64,000 nt of DNA from Haliotis rubra (Eukaryota), in NCBI RefSeq assembly GCF_003918875.1, contig NW_025764978.1, positions 62,001-126,000 of the forward strand, given 5' to 3'. Positions 12,232 through 25,520 of this stretch are shown piece by piece. The notes below the pieces were generated by a model. It had not been told where the DNA came from, did no database searches, and saw nothing but the letters and a program-made list of their open reading frames with translations. The translations under genes were made by a program, and so were the position numbers. Every line of letters begins with the position of its first letter. The stretch's first letter is position 1.

Positions 12232-13083
12232 TAAAATTCACATCGGCAATATTTCAACCATATTGTGACTAAAACAAGTTTAGAATTCACCATAAATACA
12301 TGTAAAATTTAAAACTGTCATCGAAGGACAGTATAACCGACTAGAGTATCACAGTATCAAGAAATAAAACTAGCATCTCTCTCTAAAATTGCATTTTATA
12401 TTAGGACAATACCGTATAAAAATGGGCTATAGATCGCAAACAACTGAAGGTAGGTCACCATACTAGGGCCCTTGGGCACTGGCGATTGTAGGAAAGTTTC
12501 AGATTTACGAGAAGTTACGAATGCACTAACTCTTCCTTTTTATCCTTCAGTGAATGCCAGCAGAAGGGTGTTGTCTGTACAGTTGCTGGGCCAATAATAA
12601 GAGGTTTAGACCCTAGGTAATTGGTTGCTAACACTTTGTGATGTATCTGGATTTCCCCGCCTTGCTGAGAGCAAAGGAAAACATATAGTTTCCTGCTGCA
12701 AATATATCAAACCATGGGTCTCTGGTGTACACTACGAGACCATAAAGTTGATGCTAGCCCTATCCAGGGTTTAGAAGGCCTCAGTACTTATAAAACATTT
12801 GACATGAGTTAATATTTATCGTTACATCGGCAACATTTCAGTCATATTGTGTGTCCAGTGAGGGATGGGACATTGAGAACTGTGTTATTCATAAGATGTG
12901 ACTAACGGGATCGCGTGATCAGGTTAGCTGGCTTGGTTGACACAATCATGTCGTCGTATCCTAAGTACGTGCTCATGCTCGTAACGTTAGTCACTGGATT
13001 GTCTGTCAAAGTTCTAGAAAATTATGCACTCGTGTAGCACAACCTCCTCGTGGTGGGTGCTTGGTAACGCTAATAGCTCTTCA

Positions 13084-14932
13084 CCCCCCTGTGGACCCGG
13101 GGTCATATAGGTCCACAGCATCCCATTGTTGGTCGTAAGCCGAATTGGGCAACCTGTTTGCCGTGGGCTGCGCGCCTGCGTCGGTGGAGGACGGGATTCT
13201 GGTGGTTGAGGACATAGGAACCAGGAACCGTGTTTCTTTTGCCCAAGAGAAAACTTAGTTGGGCGGTATAATAGGCCCGATTCTATCAATCGGCTGGTCA
13301 TGTCTAACTAAATCCTCTTTAATTTGCCACTTCTGTTATATTATATTTGTCTTTGAAACTAAACATTGATGTGATTGTAATTGCCTAGAATCTTATACCA
13401 GAAGGCGGTGGTTTATGGGCCAATTTGGTGAATAATGGTTCTTGTCAAGGGCCGAACCCGTCTGGCATTAAATTGGTAGATAAAACAGCTATTCATGACA
13501 AATTCTCTGAATTATACCACCCCTGTATCCCTGATGTCGGTATCTCGGATATCCGATGCTAATTGACACCGCGCTTGTTGACATTGTGGCGGATAGGGAG
13601 CAGGGTGCTGACTCAATTATTCTTATCATGGATCGAAAGCAATCTGTTTCATCTCGTTACGAATCGAAGAGATGCCAAGGTGAAATTGAGCAATCTAGTA
13701 AATATTTGGGCTGGATATTGCCCTGATGTTCATATTGCGATATATTACAATACTTTAAGATATATTGCAATAAATATTGTGATATATTGACTGGAAGGTT
13801 TCTGCCCAAGTGATTACAACATAAATTCATAATAGCTCTCTGTGTGTGACATCATCTTCTTAGTTGCTGTTACACCATACTTTCAGGCTCCCCATCCCCA
13901 TTGTGTATGGCTGTGTGCCAGTGGTTTACAGATAAATTAATTGATATAGAGCCGGAATGTTGAATGTTTAACTGAAGTATTGCAACAAAGTTTGGCGAAC
14001 ATAATGATAAAGGTAATAGCATTACATGATTTTCATGGTCAGTGTTGTTTGTTTCAACAGAATGCACTTCAGTGCAGTATGTAATTATTGTTACTGTATG
14101 CCAGTGATTCAATCAGATTGACCTACAATATTAACATGTGTTAACATGAACTATTGCAAAATGAAACGAAAACATGATTTAGTTGAGCATAAAATCGCAT
14201 GTGACCTCGAATAACTAAGATCATTGACTAGAATGTCATTATACAGTCCTACAAAATTGATAAGACTTAGACCTTTATGATAATTGATGTCTTATGTCCC
14301 ATTATGAAACGAACAAAAATAACAAAATACTGTGAATTGTGAAAAGCCACTCAGAGCCAGAGGCTTTACTAATAAATACAAATAAAAAAATGGTCCTTTT
14401 GAAACCACTTAATTCCTCCAAATTAATGAAACCATTAAAACCCACAAAACGTAAAGCATTTGGTAGAATATTAGGCACTTTTTGAGCCACTTATAATGAC
14501 ACTTCCACATGTAAAATGTTACATGAAACCAACAGAAATATACATATATTTGGCACTTTTAGAGCACATGTTTTGCTATGGAAACCAAGGGCACATAATT
14601 CAAAGGGAGCTAAGCTGGATGAACAATATATAGCAGAATCTGAACCATATCGCAATTATCGTATTGCGATATACTGTACCGGTATATACCGGTTTACCGG
14701 TAATATTGCACAGACCTAGTTAAAATATTTCTTAAAATGCTGATTCATGGGCTAGATTCATAAACATCGAAGGTAAAGATGATCTGCCTATAAAGCTAAA
14801 TCCATTTGCCATCAGCAAAGAGAACTCTGGAATTTGTGGTGAAGTAACGAATGTAACCCGTCTTCGTAGTGGTTCACTGCTGATCGAGTGTGCACGGAGG
14901 CAGAAATTTCTGAATATTCTGTCAATCAAAAC
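13084..14932 (+). mobile_element. 5' part (structured 5' UTR and ORF1 N-terminus) of an I/Nimb-like LINE, split by a DNA transposon
   Basis: ~14748-14932 translates WARFINIEGKDDLPIKLNPFAISKENSGICGEVTNVTRLRSGSLLIECARRQ, typical of I-clade gag-like ORF1; candidate ATG at 13628; structured 5' end at 13084-13150. Confidence 0.65.
13706..14718. mobile_element. Non-autonomous hAT-like element
   Basis: Ends ttgggctggatatt... and ...aatattgcacagaccta (TAGGGCTG/CAGCCCTA-like); subterminal attgcgatata repeats; imperfect flanking duplication gtaaatat/gttaaaatat. Confidence 0.55.
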
Positions 14933-15347
14933 CAACCACGTCAGTGAGCCTGACCACCCGATCCCTTTGTTCGCCTCTTAAGACAAGCATGGGTTGCTGG
15001 AGATCAATTCCAACTTGTATCTTCGCGGTATATCCACAACTGTGCAATTCAAAGACTGGCTTTTGAAGTTATTGAACTTGGGCTTTACTCCATTACGTCT
15101 CTGGTAAAACACTTCAACCCATTAAATATTGACCGTTGGTGAGATTTTATCAATAATAACAGTGACATGATTTATTTTCAAAGCTATTTGTATTAAATGG
15201 CATGGTTTCACCCGATGAAGGAGTAAGAATATATATAATAAAGAAGTTGACATCCATAAAATGCTTGTCATTATATGTATCGCTTATAAATGCCCTTCAA
15301 AGACGCTAATTGTATTGTTAAAAATATTTGTTTTGCAAATAACACAG

Positions 15348-15584
15348 AGTATTGTTGACTGCAGGAGCGCCAACGCTGATGCCCCAAGGGGAGCTAACTG
15401 TTACTGCACGCCGGCCAAAGGCTGCTACCATCGTCACTTCCTAGTAAAGCCCATCGTAGTAGACAGCAGTCGCCGACGTGGAGGAATATTCAGCAACAAA
15501 AACAAGGGTTCTCACGACTCTGACTACTACCTAGAGGTCACTGTAACAAACCACGCCAAACTAACAACAAAGGTGGAGTTTAAA
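15348..15584 (+). pseudogene. First visible exon of the giant gene (Cys-rich, ..NCYCTPAKGCY..LEVTVTNHAKL)
   Basis: cag/ acceptor and /gtaagt donor; 237 nt open. Confidence 0.8.
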
Positions 15585-15711
15585 GTAAGTGAAACTTTCG
15601 TATAATTCATTGAAATCTCTTCTGTGCATTGTATACCAGTATACATGATTTCCTGCTGATCAATATACACGTGATCTGTTTCATATCATGTTGTTTAACG
15701 ATCTTGTACAG

Positions 15712-15920
15712 GTGACAATAGATGCAAGTCCCCTCATCCTGGTGTGGCTCACGAGGGTCAGTTGGGGAACCCGGAAGTGGACTACCAGCAGCATCTCCAA
15801 CTCTACACTCACTGGGACGGATTCTTTGACAAAGAGAGCGGAGTCAAATTCTACCAATATAAATTTGGGTCTCACTGTCTCTCAGCGAATGAATTTGGAG
15901 CTGATAAATCTTTAGTCGAG
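15712..15920 (+). pseudogene. Exon with -1 frameshift (VTIDASP / HPGVAHEG..WDGFFDKESGV)
   Basis: Phase-0 ends but 209 nt long; the C-run at 15730-15733 is one base short. Confidence 0.8.
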
Positions 15921-16138
15921 GTAAAGAACCCCATTACAAATCCACCAAGTAACATGTCCTTAACTTGCAGATGTCATATATTGAATGCTACGAAAGTAAA
16001 TTTGTCAACATTGTTTTCAATCATGCAACTTTGACATGATTAAACTGGGGGTTAAAACGGTAAAATAATGTTTCCTCTCCATGTAAAGATCGCACATATC
16101 TGTCTTAATATTTCGGATCATTCACTCATGAAATGCAG

Positions 16139-16413
16139 GTCACAGAAACCTATTCCACATCCGCCTCCTGGACAGCGCCCTCTGTCGGCAAGTATCACGT
16201 GACAGTGGTGGCCTTCAACCGAGCACTGGAAGCATCTGACCCAGTGTGTTCTGACGGAGTGACTGTAGACACAACACCACCCAATGTCAGTGAGGTGGCA
16301 GTGAGAGACTCCAGGGTGATGGAGGGGCTGGTCAAGTCATCAGATAATACTGTGTGGTTCATCGACGCCGACAGGAGGCGTACCCTGGTGGTCAATCCAG
16401 ATGGCAGTTGCAG
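16139..16413 (+). pseudogene. FN3-like repeat exon (YHVTVVAFNRALE..CSDGVTVDTTPP)
   Basis: AG/GT boundaries; within ORF 16133-16477. Confidence 0.88.
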
Positions 16414-17113
16414 GTACAAAAACAGTTTACTGAAAAATAAAATAGATTTCCGCGATACGTTACTGTATTTCTCCTAATAAGCGGATAAAATAGATCATTT
16501 TCACATGGTACCATAGCTTCTGAAATTGTTTTGGAGGTTAAGAAGCATTATTTTTGTAAGTAGCATCACTTGCAGACATAATGGAGATATCATCCGATCG
16601 TACAATCATTTGTGGATTATGGGTGGGATAGCCACTCTTTACGAAGTTACGCAATATGCCAATGTCAATATCGGATAAGCTGGTCCAGACCTGGGATGGA
16701 ATGTGTTATGAACCTATTTTGGATATTGTTTTCAGCTGATGATACTGTAATTTACATGTGGAACACTGTTGTCGCTATTATTAAGGAAACGATATTTCGC
16801 ACTGAATGGGTGTGTGTATTTTTTGTTTGTTTTCGGGACAGTTTTCTTTTCCGATATCCAAAAAGTTTTGTGCGTGCCAAAAGTGGATAGCGATTTGAAG
16901 CGTACCCTCATGATTAGCCAAGACGTTGCTCCGTTGCTCGATACCATTCAATCGAAATTAAATGGATAGTTGGAAACACTGATACGTCTAACCTCTTTTA
17001 TCTAACTTAAAACCATTATCATCATAATACATAATCACGAAAATACTGTTTCCGATTCTCTTGTATGCATACAATGGGTATGATATACATACATAAGGTG
17101 ATCGTGTCTCCAG

Positions 17114-18167
17114 TTCCAAGGCCACACCATCGGATAACAAGAGACTGTCCCTGTTTCCAATACTTCGGTACAACAGTGGAAGTGGGATGCATCTTGGGAT
17201 CAATCAGGAGTGTGAATCTTTACTAGCATTGCCTGTCAGCTTCACCGATTTACTCTATGTCTACAGGGAACACCACGTGAGTACCTTATGTCCTCAGGCA
17301 GATTGTCATAAACTACCAACATGAACACCACTTCTGTGCTTTGTTATGACTCATTATGTGTTAAACGTAACAATGTTTTGCCTTGCTTCTCATATCAGTG
17401 TTTGACTATTTCTGCACGGTAACAATGTTTTAGCTGTATTTCAGTTCTGATTGTGATTACTTTTCGGCTATTTTGTAACTGTGCACTGCTTCTCAGTAAA
17501 GTGTTTGATTATTTCCCAGCTCTTCGTAAACTGGACTGGCAGTGACACTGAGAGTGGTATCTATGACTACGAGCTGGGACTGATGTCAGATCATTCTGGT
17601 GAAGCAGTGATATCCTGCCATACACGTCCACTCATCATCATCCTCAGTATCAGGGCTACCATCCTCGTCTCAGTGAAGGGCAACAGTTCTACATCGCCAT
17701 CAAGGCCATCAACAAAGCCGGCATCTCAACTGTCAGAGTAGGGACACTTCTCAACTGTAAGAGTAGGGGCACATCTCAACTGTCAGAGTAGGGGCACATC
17801 TCAACCGTCAGAGTAAAGGCACATCTCAACCGTTAGAGTAAGGGCGCACTCAATCGTTTACATTTCATAATTCTGTCCGATGAAATCGTATATGTTTGGA
17901 ATCATCTGAACATTGTTTTTTCATCATAGGTGGTGGGACCAGTAATGGTACACACAACGTATCCTATATATTCTGGACCAATAACCGTAATGCTGAGGGA
18001 AAATTACCTGATTGCACGTTGGACCGAGAGAGCATTCATCGTCACTGAACATGCAAAATACGAAGTTGCAATCGGTATGCACGATCATTACCAACATCAA
18101 AACAAGAACATCATATCTGATATCTGTAAGATTTTGTTAAAACTATTATGTTTTCAGGATCTGAAGC
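17114..18167 (+). pseudogene. Duplicated exon block, copy 1 (17114-17276, 17520-17737, 17930-18074, stub ~18158-18167)
   Basis: Exons and introns align to 18402-19420; second exon is 4 nt short. Confidence 0.88.
17722..17848 (+). repeat. 25-bp tandem repeat x5 spanning a 5' splice site
   Basis: tctcaac recurs at 17724, 17749, 17774, 17799 and 17824, each followed by aga/gta. Confidence 0.9.
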
Positions 18168-18401
18168 CGACTTTGGTTTTAATGCGCAGAACTTATTCAA
18201 GTTTGTCTCATCAACATCAAATTCTATCTGTAATTAAATAATCATTTGGTAACGAAGATAAATGTAAACCTATTTATCGTTAAACAGTGTCCGCCTTATA
18301 AGTAATCAGTAGCTCACAAGCAACATTAATATCGTTTCCAATACTCCAGTATAAAGTATACAGTTAGGCATCACACAGATATATCATGTAACTGTCGCCA
18401 G

Positions 18402-19670
18402 TTCCAAGGCCACGCCAGTAGATGACAATTGACTGTCCCTGATTCCAATACATCGGTACAACAATGGACGTGGGATGCAACTTGGGATCAATCCTGAGTG
18501 TGAATCTTTACTAGCATTGCCTGTGAGCTTCACCAACTTACTCTATGTCTTCAGGGAACACCACGTGAGTATCTTATCTAATGAAGATCGCAATGAAGTA
18601 CTAACATGCACACCCCTTGTGTATATTTTATTACTCATTATTTGTGAAACTTAACAATGTTTTCTCCAGCTTATCATATCAGTATTTGATTATCTGTGTC
18701 AAGTTACAACGTTTTTATCCGTATCTCAGTTCAGTTTTTGATCATGTGTCGTCTATTTATAAACTGTACACTGCTTTCAGTAAAGTGTTTGATTGTTTCC
18801 CAGCTCTTCGTAAACTGGACTGGCAGTGACTCTGAGAGTAGTATCTATAACTACGAGCTGGGGCTGATGTCAGATCCTTCTGGTGAAGCAGCTCCAGATA
18901 TCCTGCCCTACACGTCCACTCATCATCATCCTCAATATCAGGGCTACCATCCTCGTCTCAGTGAGGGGCAACAGTTCTACATTGCCATCAAGGCCATCAA
19001 CAAAGCTGGCATCTCAACTGTCAGAGTAAGGGCACAAAGAGAATCAGAGTTGTATGTTTATGAAGAAGAGTATATCACATCAACCGTTAGAGTAAGGGCG
19101 CACTCAATCGTTGACATTTCATAATTTGCGATGAAATCGTATATGTTTGGAATCATCTGACCATTGTTTTTCATTAAAGGTTGTCGGACCAGTCACCGTA
19201 CATACACGATACCCTATATATTCTGGACCAATGACAGTAATGCTGAGGGACAACTATTTGATTGCACGTTGGACCAGAGACAGCATTCACAGACACTGAA
19301 CATCTTAAATATGAAGTTGCAATCGGTATGTGTTATCATTACCAACATCAAAACAAGAACATGCCTATCTGATATCTGTAAGACATTGTTAAAACTATTA
19401 TGTTTTCAGGATCTGAAGGCGGTCAGTCGACAATAATCCCCTTCACGACGCTGCAGTCAGGAGGAGGTTGTACACTGACATCGCCACCCACGTGTACAGC
19501 CGTCTCCCTCACAGACCTCCACTGGGACCTCCATCACAGCCACACCTACTTTGTGTCAGTCAGAGTCACCAACATAGTAGGACTGTCTACAATAGCAGTG
19601 TCTGAACCCTACGTCCATGACGTCATGCCGCCGTTACGTGGTGTAGTAGAAGACGTTATTCCAGCTGGGA
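18402..19670 (+). pseudogene. Duplicated exon block, copy 2 (18402-18564, 18804-19025, 19180-19325) plus next exon from 19410
   Basis: LFVNWTGSDSESSIYNYELG..KAINKAGIS is intact; third exon has +1 nt; next exon GSEGG..VSVRVTNIVGLS. Confidence 0.88.
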
Positions 19671-22171
19671 GAAGAATCTTTGCTTGAAATAAATGTATGT
19701 TTATAACTTGATTCAGTGCTCAGTGGGGAACCTAGGTTACAATCGTTCATAAAAGAACGGAAACTTGGTCGTCAGTGCGACTTGATTAATAGTGTCGAAT
19801 GTAACTATTGCCATTGTCTGTTTGAGACTTGACAAATTACATCATGTGCTAGTTAGGAGGATAATTGTCGAATGCGGAATTTGAAATTAAGCAAACAAAC
19901 GTGGTGCCCAGCGTTGACGTCCCCAGACACATATACTGGACTCATTATCAACTTATAACATTACAAGAACAACCCACTCCCCATCCGCACGTCTCCGATG
20001 TATTCCAAATATAATCAAAAACAGCATAAATACAAATAAGCACACGTTTCGTGTTGATAAATACCATCAATATTGATGGCTCAAATTGAGTTGACGATCT
20101 GTCACCGACGTGTCAAAGTCTAACATGATCTCCCACCCTCCTTCTTACAGGATTTGCATGGTCCACATGATATATCCTGGATGTATTGAGCCAGCTGTTT
20201 GTTCCAAAACTTCTCTTATCCTGCTCACGGTAGCTATAATGTTAGCATTTATTACCCCTACTTGTTGTGAAGACTATAGTATGTCCTTTTGATAAATACT
20301 TCAAAACACTATAAAATGGTCTTGGCACGTAAGTGTAGATACAGGAACCATGAATACTGTTCATCTTTGTTTACAATTTCTTTTGCTATCACTTACGATC
20401 GGACATGATCGTTTCAAGAGATGGATGTTCATACAGTCTTCTTCTTCTACTTCAGTGTAGAAACAACGACGTGTCCTAGAAATACAGATCTACCAGCATT
20501 GGTATCAATTTGCAGTTCTTAAATAAAATATTTTCAGAGTATACATTACACAGACCATCAAACATCAACAACAACTCTAAGAGCCAGATGGTATGGATTC
20601 GTTAATGGTGTTGAAAATGTTACATACAAAGTCGGAATCGGATCTCATCGTCTCGGATCAGATGTCAATGAGCTGATGGAGGTTGGCCAGGTTTTACAGC
20701 ATGAGTTTACTGGCCTACATTTGCACGAACATCAGGTTTGTAATCTTATCAGAAACTTTATTCACGTATACATCTTTACAATATCTATACATTCGAATGC
20801 ACGCAATTTGTTGTTTATTACAGAAGTATTTTGTGACTGTCGTGGCTGCCACTGGTGCAGGAGAGATGACGGTGTCCTCTGACGGTGTGACGGTTATCAG
20901 GCCAAACGCTGATGTCACAGATGCCACTATCAGAGATGGACCAGGATGCGGGAATTCTGGTATACAAAGGAATTACTAGTTGTCCCATATACATGCTAAT
21001 CGAGGTCTGACATGTCTTATGACGCGTCCGGCTTTATTAACGCCTCGGCCACTTCGTTTTATTCAACACTACAATATCATGGTGTGGTTCAGACCTTGAA
21101 CGTTCATTATTATGGTGAGATCCACTTACAGGGGCTCCATGCTGACAAATCTTTACACAAACTCAGGGGACAGTGATATTTTAAAACACAGAAATACCTT
21201 TCTGACGCATCTCTGCAGATCCAACTACAAGGCATTCATGGGTTGTATTTCATTTCACTATGTTGTCCCACCAAACCAGCCCGACACGTTTTCCTGTTCT
21301 ATTTACAGGACAGGATGCTGATTTAAATACAATGGACACCGAGGTATGTGTAAATACGACGCACTGATATGTAGTATACGTGTTACATAGTACATTGACT
21401 GTTAATAGTTGCAGAGGCAGAGACGAAAACAATGACTCACATCTAATCAATTCCAGGATTGTGCCCGTGACCTGAGATTCCAAATCTCTACCTCAGCATA
21501 TGCTGCCCACTGGAATAGGAGCGTCAGTAGTAGCCTGAACTACCAGGATGTACACTGGGGGTTACAAATACGATCTCCCTCTGCAGGTAGACCAGCAAAA
21601 GATGCACTTAGTGTTTAAAATGGGATGAAGGGAACTGGAGGTTTGACCAGTCTTGAAAACACAAATGGATACAAAGGCTATCACGTTCAAGTTTAAATGT
21701 CGCTTTTTTTATGTGGGAGATGTAGAATATGTCATAGAAAATTTGTATGCTCCATGAACGGCCAAGGCGATTCGCGCCTTTAGGCCACATTAAACAAAGG
21801 GTTCCAACCAGTGTAATTGCTTCACAAACATTAAAGTTACTCTTTCACGGTTTACAATATTAATACAAAACTTTTCATTTTTTTCAAACCTGAGTTATCC
21901 ACTTTGATTATTGTATTCGGCCTTGAGCAGATGTCTGGGACGCTTGAAGACATTTCGAGCCCCTTGGGTCGACTGAGAGGCTCATAGTTGGTAACTTAGC
22001 TTTAGAACCAGGACGAACCTTCAGGGCTGCAATCAAGTTCTGTGCTGGTAAAGTCTGTACGAAGCCCATCCATAGTGATGGTGTGACTGTCATACCCCAT
22101 CCTCCAGCAGCTGGAAGCATGGCATTAACATATCAGGAAATTGACGGGGGACAGGCTCAGGTAAAGGGTAC

Positions 22172-22645
22172 TGTTACGGTTTCTAAAGTCTTATGAGTCC
22201 CCTTTAAACCAGCAAAATATAAAACAAACAAGTCTATAGTGTTCAATTATATATTCATTAAACAAAATACACAATGTTACAAAAAATGACAGATTCCCAA
22301 TATAATACAATGGATTCACCAATCTAACATATTAACTCACTAAAGTCTTGATATTTACAGTAAACAGATGTACTGATTGAAGATTATTGACAGCTGTTGA
22401 AAGTTCAATGTCCCCTTGAAACGCCAATGTAAACCCAAAGTCGCCCCCCTCATACACCTACACAACAATCCCTTTTATACCTATTATACATGCCACATTA
22501 CGATCTCCACACAGCTAACTGCATCCTACTGAAGACCGGAAGCAAAACAAACAACAGGGAGGTGACTCCTCAGCTTTGTTGAACCATAATATCTGAAAGT
22601 TATTTGATGTGACATTATGTTTAACAAAATCACATCCTCATAACT
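22172..22645. mobile_element. Solo LTR (Gypsy-like) with 4-bp TSD GTAC
   Basis: gtac-TGTTAC...ATAACT-gtac; related longer copy at ~47700-48483. Confidence 0.7.
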
Positions 22646-24927
22646 GTACATTTCTGATAATATTAAGGTATGTCTGAAATGCATCTTTCTTGAATAGGTT
22701 TCCCAGTTACCAAGGTTTCATTGCACGAAAGGAAATGTTCGGGAATCTATATTCAGAAAGAAATCCTCCAAATTTGAAAACACGTATTGTTTATGTCGTA
22801 TGTCGCAAAAGTAGGATTGTAACTTAACAATCACGTCGACATAGAGTAACGTAAACATTGTGTAGGGAGTACTTATCCGAAGGATCTCGTCAACAGTATC
22901 TGTCAGGGGTCAGTGGAAAGTCTTTACATCAATAACGTTACATGGGCCAGTAACATTGGTGCTAGAAATTAGAGCACTTTATAGTGTGTTTCATTTAATC
23001 TTTTCCATAGATCCAGGTGACATTGTTCCGTTTCCGTGATCCTGACATACCGATTCTGTCAGAAACCTATGCCGTCATGACCAGATATGAATGGGGTCTC
23101 ACGGATAACAGTCACAACAGTTGATCAACTGGCAGGAGGTAGATGCTGGCAGTATTGTCAGTATCAAAGACGAGGTGAGCGTGAACAATATGGTCTTTGC
23201 TTAATTTATTTGACATACAGCCTGTATTACATTTTGAACCGTATTACCATAGGACCTATAGTTTGTGTTTCATTAGTGAAATATTAATGGCGGTTTTGTG
23301 TTTCTAGACACGTTTCCAGATAACTCTTCCGAAGCAGCTCGACTTTACCAAGTGCAGAAGACTGACGGTCAGGGGTTACAATGTAGTTGGCATGTATTCA
23401 ACAACTTCAGCAGATGTCAAAGACTGTAATGCCTATGACCCACGTAACGTTGTGCCTGCAGTCGTGGTAGATGCTGTTGGTGAGTAAATACTGAAGACGA
23501 CACGAATCTAGTGTCATAATTGATAAAGATATTTTTAATAATATTATAGTAGCGCACATTTCCATTTGTAAAGTTTGTATATTTCAAGGACACTGGAACA
23601 CATGCAATTGATGCAAGCCGTTGTGATTTCAGGCACAGCGAAAGGACTTCATCTTGGATATAGCATCAGTTTAGATCAGAACAGTCACTTGGAACACGAT
23701 GATGTTGACTTCACTCCCTACAAGAACATCCTGTCTGCTGCGTGGCAAACTCTACGTTACAGGAACTACACGTGGGCAGTGGTGGCAGGTGACCAGTTGG
23801 ACCCCTCATCTCACTACAATAAAGAGACCCTGATGACCGTCACTGACCCCTGTAGCATGCCGGATGTCATCAAGTGTGGAAACACAGGTGATACTGATAA
23901 CAATGAAACTGATGAAGTCGCTTGTATTTAAAGGTAACTGCATAAAACTGATTTGTTATCAATTCGTATTTACCAGTTCACGAGTTCCTAAACGTAGAAT
24001 TCACCCAAGAGGAATACCTACAGCATGGCAGGAGATTTTATGTGTGCATCCACGCTGATGAGAAGGAAATGCCGTTCGAGAAGTGGACGTCCAACCTGAC
24101 TGAAATGAACGCTTGTAGTAACGGCATCACAGTTGACCTTACGCCACCAACACCGGGGACAGTGAACGTCGACGGACTAACAGACGGATCCTTTCAGGTA
24201 CTGGTAACATAAGTATTAGATCCGACAACAGAGCATATACCACAGTGCATTTTGACAAATCTGTTTGGTTCATTCTATTTATGTATGCTCTCCAACAAAC
24301 CTGCTCACATGGATTCTCCAACTTTCAGATTAGCAACACAGATGTTGCCATGAAATGGACAAACTCCACTGATGTCGAAGAAGAGGGACATGCGGCCCGT
24401 CAGCTTGGAATCTCACATTATGAGGTTGCTCTTGGTATGAGACATCATATAGCGCACTTTAGCTGGAATATTATTCCATTGATACTCTGAACATTGTTCG
24501 TCTTGCTGAATGTACACCAGAATGTATTGATCTTTAAAATATATTTAAGTGAATGACTGTAAGTTGATTAACATTAAATGTTTTTCTCTAGGATCTGTCC
24601 CTGGTGGACAAGATGTCGTCAAGTTCACTAACGTTGGATCTGTCGACCATTACACACTCCACAGTCTTCATCTACATAGTGGAAATACATACTATGTCTC
24701 AGTGAAAGGTACTATTAAATGCGCATTAAATTACAATCTAAAGCGTACAAACTGTCGAGCAGAGGAACGAGTTCATCCAATTCTTGTGGCTCAATAAAAA
24801 ACAAGGAAGATTAAATCTATTCATTGATGTATTCCATACAGATATAGTAGCTGTGTTTTGACCTGAGTTTCGGCGACTTTGTTGAACCTAGTAATTTTAC
24901 ATTTCTTTGCTCTCGAAAAATTTTCAA

Positions 24928-25115
24928 TCCGTGAAGATCCTAGTTAGAACTGATCTTCAGTAACCCATGCTTGTCGTAAGAGGCGCCTAACGGGATCGGG
25001 TGGTTAGGTAACAGATTTGGTTGACAGACCACCGCCATTATTGTTTACAAACCGTCGCCATGTAGCTGAAATATTGCTGAGTGCGGCGTTCAACAACAAA
25101 CCAACCGACCAACCA
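24928..25115 (+). mobile_element. Short retroposon family B, internally deleted
   Basis: ccgtgaagatcc..gatcttcagtaacccatgcttgtcgtaagaggcg; (AACC)n-like tail. Confidence 0.85.
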
Positions 25116-25149
25116 ATTTTCAAGTGCATCTTTTTTTGTGGTCCGGCAG

Positions 25150-25520
25150 TTTATACACATTGCCAAAATGGTAGGGTATATTATGTTTTGAGGTGACACT
25201 AAAGGAACATAGACTAATGCCCAGCAAACAATTTATAGGACCAAAGAATCGAGCTTTGAGTCCTTATCAGCGCCTATAGGGCGTTAACGTCGAGCGCCAA
25301 GACCGTTTTGAGTGCTCTACAATGGTGTGGGGCGGTGTCATAATGTTTGGCCCAAGTGGGTCCCTATATTGTTACAGGACAACACCATTGCACCTCTCGT
25401 GGTGCAATTTGCACTACGTGTTGGGCCACGGTTCATCTTTTAAGGTGGCGAGGATAATGCACATGATCACTGAGCCCGGATTGTGACCAAGCTGCTCAAA
25501 TGCATCCATTTCGTACCAAC
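25150..25520 (+). mobile_element. Highly decayed Tc1 transposase fragment
   Basis: VERQDRF..TMVWGG and ..FIF..DNAHDH-like remnants. Confidence 0.5.

Noticed and set aside
21945-21947. In-frame TGA as selenocysteine or readthrough
   Set aside because: The same gene also has TAA, TAG and frameshifts; decay is the simpler explanation
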